Assembly (NCBI GenBank): GCA_964522265.1
Contig: CAZFVS010000001.1
Span: 2,400 to 34,399 of the forward strand
Origin: an uncultured Gammaproteobacteria bacterium
GTDB lineage: Bacteria; Patescibacteriota; Microgenomatia; Daviesbacterales; UBA10151
Direction of reading: 5' to 3'
DNA: 32,000 nucleotides
The notes beneath the pieces were generated by a model. The model saw only the letters and a list, made by a program, of their open reading frames with translations, made no database searches and was not told the origin of the DNA. The translations under genes and the position numbers were made by a program. Numbering within the stretch: the first letter of the stretch is position 1; each line of letters begins with the position of its first letter. Of the stretch, positions 8,513-16,148 are shown one piece after another.

Positions 8513-9558
8513 AAAAATTAAAAATCGGGATTGATATTACGGCGATGAATCCCTTGAGTCTGAATCGGGGGATAGGATTTTACACCAACAAGTTATTTAA
8601 AGCACTAACTAAATATACAAATTGTGATGTTATATTGGTTGAAAAAAAGGGAGAAATAGACAATTTAGACCTAGTGCACTATCCTTATTTTGATTTTTTT
8701 TCTCCTACACTACCCCTAATAAAAAAATTGCCGATAGTAGTTACTGTTCATGACGTAATTCCTTTGGTTTTTTCGGAGCATTACCCACCAGGATTAAAAG
8801 GTTATTTTAATTTAAAAATACAAAAATTTTCCCTAAAAACAATTCAAGCAGTTATTACAGACTCTATAGCTTCCAAGTTAGACATAATGGAATATTTAAA
8901 TGTTGCTGAAAATAAAATTTTTACAATTTATCTTGCGCCTGATGAAAAGTTCAAAAAAGAAAAAGATTTTAAAATGTTAAAAACCGTTAAAGAAAAATAT
9001 AATTTGCCTGAAAAATTTGCCCTTTATGTAGGCAATATTAACTGGAATAAGAATTTGCTTAATTTAACAAAAGCATGTATTAACGCCGGTATAAACCTTT
9101 ATCTTATAGGAGATGAAAAAAAAAAAAAAAAAAACCGCGAACATCCTGAATTAAAAGATTACAAAATGTGGATCGAAAAATATTCAACTCATCAAAAAAT
9201 CCACGTTATAGACACATATCCTGAAAATGATATTGTTGAGATTTATAATTTAGCTGAGGTTTTACTCCTCCCCTCTTTTTGTGAAGGGTTTGGGTTGCCT
9301 ATTTTGGAAGCTCAAGCTTGTGGTACACCTGTCATCACAAGCAATGTATCCTCAATGTTGGAAGTAGCTGGGGATAGTGCAATCCTTGTAAATCCCAACG
9401 AAACGGACGAAATTATGAACGCAATTAAATCTCTTGAGGATAAATCGATAAAAAATAAGCTGGTTGAAAATGGCTTGAGAAATACAGAAAAATTTTCATG
9501 GAAAAAAGTTGCACAAGAAACTTTCTCAGTATATCAAAATATTTTCTCAAAAGTTTAA
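8509..9558 (+). CDS. GT4 (GT-B fold) glycosyltransferase containing an A19 tract
   Basis: C-terminal EGFGLPILEAQACGTPVITSN (E-x7-E signature). The reading frame passes intact through the homopolymer at 9116-9134 (EKKKKKN). Confidence 0.85.
   Translation: MKKLKIGIDITAMNPLSLNRGIGFYTNKLFKALTKYTNCDVILVEKKGEIDNLDLVHYPYFDFFSPTLPLIKKLPIVVTVHDVIPLVFSEHYPPGLKGYFNLKIQKFSLKTIQAVITDSIASKLDIMEYLNVAENKIFTIYLAPDEKFKKEKDFKMLKTVKEKYNLPEKFALYVGNINWNKNLLNLTKACINAGINLYLIGDEKKKKKNREHPELKDYKMWIEKYSTHQKIHVIDTYPENDIVEIYNLAEVLLLPSFCEGFGLPILEAQACGTPVITSNVSSMLEVAGDSAILVNPNETDEIMNAIKSLEDKSIKNKLVENGLRNTEKFSWKKVAQETFSVYQNIFSKV
9116..9134. repeat. A19 homopolymer inside the GT4 coding sequence
   Basis: Read directly from the sequence: gatg + 19 A + ccgcgaacat. 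It is by far the longest homopolymer in the window. Confidence 0.95.
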
Positions 9559-9560
9559 TA

Positions 9561-11006
9561 ATGGTCAAAAGAGTTCTAGCTTTTATTCTTCTGCTGAGTC
9601 TTCTTTTATATTTACCATCGTTTTTTAATTTTTATACGAATGATGACTTTTTTCATTTAAGTATTTCAAAAGCTAAAAATGTATCTGAATTTTTAAATTT
9701 CTTCAACCTGATTTCTGCGCCTCAAGGATTTGGATTTTACAGACCGCTAACCACACAAGCTTATTATTTCTTGAGCTATTATTTTAACTATAATCCAATC
9801 ATTCTGCATGTTATTTCATTTGCGGTATTAATAATGATAATTTTACTGGTTTTTAATATTTCGAAAAAACTAACAGCAAATAATTATACGTCTTTACTTG
9901 CAGTATTCTTTTATGCCGTTTCTGCTACTCATTTTGGTCATTTATATTATATTGCTACATTCCAGGAACTTGGATTCTCCCTGTTTTATTTATTATCAAT
10001 GATTTCCTTTATAAATTTTTTAAAAGAAAAAAAAATTAGATATTATTTCTTTATGATTATTACTTTAGTTGGGGCGCTATTATCCAAGGAATCGGCGGTA
10101 ACTTTACCAGCTTCATTCCTTTTAATCATCCTGTTTTATGTGGGCTTCAGATTTAAAGCATTAAATCTAAGACAAATTATTTTTATTCTATCGATACCTA
10201 TTTTAATACTGCTAGTTTATCTTTATTTTCATGTATTTTATTATGGTTTGGCTAAGGGTGATTCTTATGTGTGGATTGTATCGTTTCGTGTTGTTAATAC
10301 AGTTGTCTGGTATGTTTTATGGTCACTGAATATACCGGAGATGTTAGTTGATTATATTGGGCCGGGGTTACATGTAAACCCTAATCTACTAAAATTCTAT
10401 TGGGATAAGATCATACCAATAATTATTCTATTTGGAGTAATAATATTGGAGCTATTATTTGTATTCGTAAAAACATTAAAAAAAAGTACAAAAAAGGATG
10501 TGAGACTTTATTTATTTGCAATATTTTGGTTTTTAATAACGCTGCTTCCTGTGATTTTTTTACCACTGCATAAATTTAGTTACGAATTAACATTACCGCT
10601 TTTCGCAGTAGCCTTAGTTTTGGGTAATTTGATTGCAAAAGTTCAAAAATATAAATTACTTATTTGCATGTTCCTTTCAAACTATCTTTTATTATCTGTA
10701 TTAACGAACATTTTATCTTATCAAACAAGCTGGATAGTAAGAGGAGCTGTTGTTGCAGAAAGAGTTTTTTCCTTTGCAGAAAGAATTGAAAGAGAATCTG
10801 AAGTTGACCGAACAATCGTTTTTTATGATGAACCTGATGATAGAAAGTTGCTTTGGTTGCCGTCCTCGCAATTGAAACAAATTCTTTCCGACAACAATTT
10901 TTTTAGAGCCTATTACGGAAATAAGGTAAAAGCTATATACTTAAATCAGGGGCAGGAATTATCAATGCCGGACGCAATAATGGTAAGGGCAAGAAACTTT
11001 TTTTAA
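9561..11006 (+). CDS. Polytopic GT-C-like membrane glycosyltransferase (TMTC/PMT-like N-terminal architecture, no TPR domain)
   Basis: I prefer the ATG at 9561 (MVKRVLAFILLL...), 2 nt after the upstream stop, over the track start at 9498. The first loop NDDFFHL...FYRPLTTQ...NPIILHVISF resembles the DD...YRPL...H pattern of TMTC/DUF1736-type O-mannosyltransferases. About 11 TM segments. Confidence 0.5.
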   Translation: MVKRVLAFILLLSLLLYLPSFFNFYTNDDFFHLSISKAKNVSEFLNFFNLISAPQGFGFYRPLTTQAYYFLSYYFNYNPIILHVISFAVLIMIILLVFNISKKLTANNYTSLLAVFFYAVSATHFGHLYYIATFQELGFSLFYLLSMISFINFLKEKKIRYYFFMIITLVGALLSKESAVTLPASFLLIILFYVGFRFKALNLRQIIFILSIPILILLVYLYFHVFYYGLAKGDSYVWIVSFRVVNTVVWYVLWSLNIPEMLVDYIGPGLHVNPNLLKFYWDKIIPIIILFGVIILELLFVFVKTLKKSTKKDVRLYLFAIFWFLITLLPVIFLPLHKFSYELTLPLFAVALVLGNLIAKVQKYKLLICMFLSNYLLLSVLTNILSYQTSWIVRGAVVAERVFSFAERIERESEVDRTIVFYDEPDDRKLLWLPSSQLKQILSDNNFFRAYYGNKVKAIYLNQGQELSMPDAIMVRARNFF

Positions 11007-11010
11007 TTTT

Positions 11011-12159
11011 ATGCATAAATTTTCTTTGAATAAATCAATTTTAATCTACTTTACCATTTGGAGAATTTTCCTTTTTTTTATCGCATTTATTTCTACTATT
11101 ATCATTGGTAATTTTGGTGCAAGATTTCCTTATTATAAGGAATTACTTATTAGTACTGGTTTGCCTGCTTGGATTTGGGGATTCGGTAATTTTGACGGCG
11201 TGCATTATTTAACTATAGCTGAGAAAGGGTATGTAGCTCAATTTACTCAAGCTTTTTTCCCACTTTATCCCCTATTGGTAAAATTCCTAACAATTAACGG
11301 GGGTTATTTATTAACTGCACTGGTTTTATCGAATATATTTTTTTTAGCCGCTCTTTTTTTGTTGTATGAGTTATTCAGAATTGATTATGATGGTAAAATT
11401 TCTTTTAAATCACTTTGTTTGCTTCTTGCAATCCCCACGTCATTTTATTTCGGCGCTGTACATTCGGAATCATTATTCCTATTTTTTAGTGTAGGCAGTA
11501 TATTAGCAATTAGAAAAAAAAAGTATATTTTATCAGGTTTACTCGCAGGTTTTGCTTCTGCCACAAGAATAGTTGGTGTTTTTTTAACACCGCTCATTTT
11601 AATTGAAGTAATAAGTTTACTTAAGGCTGGATCGTTAAACCTTAAAAGCAAAGAATTCCCCAGAGCGCTTCTTTCTTTATTAATAGCGCCAACAGGACTT
11701 ATTATTTATATGATTTTTTTAAAAATCCAATTCAATGACCCACTTTATTTTTTAAATGCACAACATGCTTTTGGAACAGGCAGAAGTGATCAAAATTTTA
11801 TTCTCTTGCCCCAAGTTTTTTATAGATACATAAAAATCTTATTCACAGTTAATGTTATATCGTTGCCCTTTTTTAATGCCTTGTTAGAGCTTATCTTTAC
11901 CGTAATACCGTTAGCTTTATTAATTTTAAAAATTAAAAAAATTAGATTTAGTTATTTTATTTTTACTGTGGGTAGTCTTGTATTACCGACATTAACCGGG
12001 ACCTTAACATCAATGCCAAGATTTATCCTAATGGGTTTTTTACTTCTTCCTGTAGTGGTTATAAGCCTCAATAAGTATTTTAAAGCGATAATTGTCATAA
12101 TGATATTACTTCAAGCACTACTACTGAGTTTGTTCATAAGAGGCTATTGGGTTGCATAA
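11011..12159 (+). CDS. PIG-V-like (Mannosyl_trans2 / GT-C) membrane mannosyltransferase
   Basis: WGFGNFDGVHYLTIAEKGY...AFFPLYPLLV matches the WD..HY..IA..GY...AFFPLYP pattern of the PIG-V family. 382 aa, polytopic. Confidence 0.6.
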   Translation: MHKFSLNKSILIYFTIWRIFLFFIAFISTIIIGNFGARFPYYKELLISTGLPAWIWGFGNFDGVHYLTIAEKGYVAQFTQAFFPLYPLLVKFLTINGGYLLTALVLSNIFFLAALFLLYELFRIDYDGKISFKSLCLLLAIPTSFYFGAVHSESLFLFFSVGSILAIRKKKYILSGLLAGFASATRIVGVFLTPLILIEVISLLKAGSLNLKSKEFPRALLSLLIAPTGLIIYMIFLKIQFNDPLYFLNAQHAFGTGRSDQNFILLPQVFYRYIKILFTVNVISLPFFNALLELIFTVIPLALLILKIKKIRFSYFIFTVGSLVLPTLTGTLTSMPRFILMGFLLLPVVVISLNKYFKAIIVIMILLQALLLSLFIRGYWVA

Positions 12160-12199
12160 ATACTTGAGGGGATATGAAGTAAATGGTAATATTCTGCCT

Positions 12200-12877
12200 A
12201 TGAAAGGTCTAGTTATTATTCCTGTTTTTAACGAAGAGCAGGTTATCTATAAAGTTATTTCTAAAATTCCCCAAAAAATTGAAAGACATAAATTAGATAT
12301 ACTGGTAATAAATGATGGGTCAACAGATTTGACGGAAGAAAGAGTTAGAAAAACCAAAGCAAAGGTTTTATCCCATCCTTTAAATAGAGGTTTGGGTGCA
12401 GCTTTGGGAACAGGTTTTGCATTTGCTAAGATGAAAAATTATGATTTTTTAATAACAATCGATGGTGATGGTCAGCATGATCCAAGGGAAATACCTAAAT
12501 TACTGAAGCCAATTATTAATGCAGAGGCTGATTTTATAGTTGGGACAAGAATAAACAAAGGAAGGATGCCTTTTAAAAGGCGGATACTTACCTTCTTTGC
12601 AACCTTAGCCACTTTTTTAATAACTGGTGTTTGGACGACTGATTCCCAATCCGGATTTAGAATATTTTCCAAGGAAGCTATCAAAAAAATTAATATTCAA
12701 GTTGATAAAATGGAGATTTCATCGGATTTTTTCCGTCAATGTAGAGAAAAGGGATTGGTTATTTTAGAGATTCCCATAAAAGCGATCTATACAAAATATT
12801 CTATAGCAAAGGGGCAGAATTTTTTTAACTCATTTAATATAATAGGAAAATTAATATTGCAAAATTTAAATAAATAA
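12200..12877 (+). CDS. GT2 polyprenyl-phosphate sugar synthase (DPM1/Ppm1/GtrB/ArnC-like)
   Basis: MKGLVIIPVFNEE...LVINDGSTD...NRGLGAALGTGF...IDGDGQHDP is the typical motif set of polyisoprenyl-phosphate glycosyltransferases. The first in-frame ATG is at 12200. The track start at 12152 is a TTG that overlaps the upstream stop. Confidence 0.75.
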   Translation: MKGLVIIPVFNEEQVIYKVISKIPQKIERHKLDILVINDGSTDLTEERVRKTKAKVLSHPLNRGLGAALGTGFAFAKMKNYDFLITIDGDGQHDPREIPKLLKPIINAEADFIVGTRINKGRMPFKRRILTFFATLATFLITGVWTTDSQSGFRIFSKEAIKKINIQVDKMEISSDFFRQCREKGLVILEIPIKAIYTKYSIAKGQNFFNSFNIIGKLILQNLNK

Positions 12878-12878
12878 T

Positions 12879-13238
12879 ATGCAGATTATTACTCAGTTTT
12901 TTACAATTGTTTTTACTGTTTTCGCTCTAAGCAGAGCATATTTGCGCTTTAAGGAGCGGAAATTATCATCCTTTGCTTTTATATTTTGGATTTTCGTATG
13001 GATAACAGGGACTGTGGCTATTTTTTTTCCTGATTTAACTACCAAGATAGCCAGGTTTGTCGGAATCGGTAGAGGTGTAGATATTGTCCTTTATGCCTCA
13101 ATTGTTATTATTTTTTATCTACTTTTTAGAATTTACATTAAAATTGAGGATACTCAAAGACAGATTACCCAAATCGCAAGAAAAATTGCCCTCCGCAGAG
13201 TGTTGAAAAGCAAGAAAAGAACTGCCGGAAAATCATGA
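12879..13238 (+). CDS. Small 3-TM membrane protein, DUF2304-like
   Basis: 119 aa with three hydrophobic helices, a GIGRGVDIVLYASIV motif and a basic C-terminal tail. It lies immediately after the GT2, which is the usual DUF2304 context. Confidence 0.6.
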   Translation: MQIITQFFTIVFTVFALSRAYLRFKERKLSSFAFIFWIFVWITGTVAIFFPDLTTKIARFVGIGRGVDIVLYASIVIIFYLLFRIYIKIEDTQRQITQIARKIALRRVLKSKKRTAGKS

Positions 13239-15457
13239 AAATTCTTTTTGTGACCGAGTTTTTTCCGTACTCTAATGAATTGATATTTAGTGGAGGGGTA
13301 GAGGCTTACAATTTTTATCTAATCAGTGAATTATCAAAAAAGCATCAAATTAGCGTGATTTGTAGGAATCAAGGATCCGGTAATTTAAAGCCCAGATTTA
13401 ATTTTAAGATTATTAGAATAGGACATAAAAGTATAAGGATAGATACCGATATCAGTACTTTGCCGTATAGGTTATCGTTTTTTATACAGGCATTGAGATT
13501 AGGATTACGGGAAGATTTTGATATTGTGCAGGGTAATAACTTTGTTACATACCCGATTGCTTTTTTACTAGGAGTTCTTAAAAAAAGACCTGCCATTGCC
13601 TGGTATCCGGATGTATTTATTGGCAAATGGATAAAATTGACGGGATTACTGCCTGGGGTAATAGGAGAAATCGTAGAAAGGATTTCATTGGTTTTGCCTT
13701 GGGCACATGTGATAGCCCTTAGTGGGGAAACAAAGTATAAATTGTTAAGGCTTGGGATAGATGACAAAAATATTTCCCTAATATATGCAGGCATTGATCT
13801 GGTTTTTTTTAAAAAGATCAAAATAAGAAAAAATAAGATTTTAACTTTATGTTGCGTTTCACGACTTGTTAGGTATAAAAGAATAGATTTGTTAATTAAG
13901 GCTGCATCTGTACTCAAAATAAAGGGTTATAAATTTAAGGTTTATATTGTTGGTAATGGTCCTGAAAAAAATAATCTGATAAATTTAAGAGAGGAATTGG
14001 GTTTGGAATCGTTCGTTGTATTTGAATCTGATCTTTCCAGAATTGAGTTGGGGAAAAGAATAAAATCCTCACATCTTTTTTGTCATCTATCCGAAGCTGA
14101 AGGCTTTGGGATGGTTCTTTTGGAAGCAGCGGCCTGTGGAGTTCCGATTGTAGCAAGTAATCTAAGAATTCTAAGAGAGATTACCCAAAATGGCAAGGGA
14201 ACAATTTTCTTTGAACCGGGTAATTATAATAATTTAGCAAAAAAGATAGAGCAAATTATAAAAAACAAAAAATTTCGTCAAGAGTTATCAAAGGATGTAT
14301 TTAATTTGGCAGCAGCTTACTCCTGGACTAAAATTACCAAGGATTTTGAGACAATTTATTTCAAATTAACAACTAAAAAAATAAAAATTCTTATGCTTAT
14401 AGATGCGTGGTTTCCCTATGTTGGAGGGGGACAAATTCATGTTTGGGAGTTGTCCAAACAATTGGCCAAGATAGGTTGCGAAATAACAATTTTTACCAGG
14501 GATTTAGGCAGATGGAATGAATTTTCAGATGGGGTTAGGGTAATAAAGGTAGGCTTTTCCAAAAAATTCGCAAATATTTTCGGTAGGATTGAGTACTTAA
14601 TTTATGCATTAATTTACAGCTTGAGTGCTAAATATGATATTCTCCACGCGCATGCCTTTTCTCCCGGATTGATTGCACCATTTGTAAAAATCCTTAGAAA
14701 TAAACCTGTGGTTTATACTGTACACGGGAAAGGGGCAAAAATAGCCGGATTAGGGTTTGGAGAGAAGTTTCTTGAGAATTTAGTCACTTATAAAATACCT
14801 TATAATTTGGAAATAACCGTTGCTAAAAATACCATAACCAAAAAAACCTCAGCCAAGAAATTAGTAGTAGTCCCGAATGGTGTAGATATAGAAAAATTTG
14901 CAACAGCTAGAAGAAAAAGGACAAAAATCAAAAAAATTTTATATGTCGGCAGATTAAGCTATGAAAAGGGTGTAGATATATTGATTGAAGCTTTTAAAGG
15001 TTTAAAAAGCAAGAAATTAAGTTTATCAATGGTGGGAGAGGGAGGGGAATATGAAAAACTTAAAAAAATGGCTAGAGAAGTTAATATAAATTTTCTCGGC
15101 AAATTAACCAGTCATCATTTAATAAGTGAATATAAAAAAGCGGATTTATTAGTTTTACCGTCCAGAACAGAGGGACAACCTTTAGTTCTTTTTGAAGCTT
15201 GGGCTGCTAAATTACCTATATTGGTAACTAGAGTTGGTGATAATGAAAAATATATTAAAGATGGAGTAAATGGTTATTTAACTTATCCTGATGTTAAATC
15301 ATTAACGATGTCTATTAATAAAATCTTTGATATTAAAGATATTGGAGAAGTGACAAATAAAGCTTACTTAAGAGTACAAAAATTCAGCTGGAATAACATT
15401 GCATACAAAACTTTAGGAGGATATAATCAATTACTTTATGGGGAAGCCCAAAATTAG
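13235..15457 (+). CDS. Tandem double GT4 glycosyltransferase (two complete GT-B modules in one ORF)
   Basis: Module 1 carries EAEGFGMVLLEAAACGVPIVASN. Module 2 begins near nt 14378 (KILMLIDAWFPYVGGGQ) and carries TEGQPLVLFEAWAAKLPILVT. Each module has an E-x7-E signature. Confidence 0.8.
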   Translation: MKILFVTEFFPYSNELIFSGGVEAYNFYLISELSKKHQISVICRNQGSGNLKPRFNFKIIRIGHKSIRIDTDISTLPYRLSFFIQALRLGLREDFDIVQGNNFVTYPIAFLLGVLKKRPAIAWYPDVFIGKWIKLTGLLPGVIGEIVERISLVLPWAHVIALSGETKYKLLRLGIDDKNISLIYAGIDLVFFKKIKIRKNKILTLCCVSRLVRYKRIDLLIKAASVLKIKGYKFKVYIVGNGPEKNNLINLREELGLESFVVFESDLSRIELGKRIKSSHLFCHLSEAEGFGMVLLEAAACGVPIVASNLRILREITQNGKGTIFFEPGNYNNLAKKIEQIIKNKKFRQELSKDVFNLAAAYSWTKITKDFETIYFKLTTKKIKILMLIDAWFPYVGGGQIHVWELSKQLAKIGCEITIFTRDLGRWNEFSDGVRVIKVGFSKKFANIFGRIEYLIYALIYSLSAKYDILHAHAFSPGLIAPFVKILRNKPVVYTVHGKGAKIAGLGFGEKFLENLVTYKIPYNLEITVAKNTITKKTSAKKLVVVPNGVDIEKFATARRKRTKIKKILYVGRLSYEKGVDILIEAFKGLKSKKLSLSMVGEGGEYEKLKKMAREVNINFLGKLTSHHLISEYKKADLLVLPSRTEGQPLVLFEAWAAKLPILVTRVGDNEKYIKDGVNGYLTYPDVKSLTMSINKIFDIKDIGEVTNKAYLRVQKFSWNNIAYKTLGGYNQLLYGEAQN

Positions 15458-16148
15458 CGTTGTAATGCCTGTTTATAATGGAGGAAAATACTTAAAACAA
15501 TCTTTGAAAAGTATTTTAAACCAAACGTATAAGAACTTTGAACTTATTGTTGTGAACGATGGTTCAACAGACTCAACAGCTAAAATTTTAACTACGATTA
15601 ATGATAAAAGACTTAAGATTATTCACAATATTTACAATGTAGGAGTAGCCAAGTCATTAAACAGAGGTTTAAAAATCGCAAAAGGTGATTATATAGCAAG
15701 ATGTGATAGTGATGATATAAATTTTAAAAAGAGGTTTAAAATACAGATAGATTTTTTAGATAAACATCTATCATATGCACTTGTTGGATCAAATGCAATG
15801 CTGATTGACGAAAAAGGTAAAAAAATAAAAAAGACTAGTTTGCCCGCAACTGATAGTCAGATAAGAAAAAAAATTTTATTTAGAAATCCAATTCTCCATC
15901 CAGCAGTGGTTTATCGAAAAAAATTAATGAATAAAACTATAAACTATAGAGAAATGTTTAATGGTGCTGAAGATTATGATTTATGGTTTAGGCTACTTAA
16001 GATAGGGAAAGCATATAATTTTAAGGATTCTTTGATTAAGCATAGGATTCATAAAGACATCGTCACTAAAAAATTTCATCTTAAAATAGAATTATTAGCT
16101 TTGTTTGTCAGGCTTAATAATTTTTCATTTTTGAAATATATATTATGA
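15438..16148 (+). CDS. GT2 (GT-A fold) glycosyltransferase
   Basis: ISVVMPVYNGGKYLKQSLKSILNQTYKNFELIVVNDGSTDST and a DSDD (DxD) motif. Confidence 0.85.
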   Translation: MGKPKISVVMPVYNGGKYLKQSLKSILNQTYKNFELIVVNDGSTDSTAKILTTINDKRLKIIHNIYNVGVAKSLNRGLKIAKGDYIARCDSDDINFKKRFKIQIDFLDKHLSYALVGSNAMLIDEKGKKIKKTSLPATDSQIRKKILFRNPILHPAVVYRKKLMNKTINYREMFNGAEDYDLWFRLLKIGKAYNFKDSLIKHRIHKDIVTKKFHLKIELLALFVRLNNFSFLKYIL

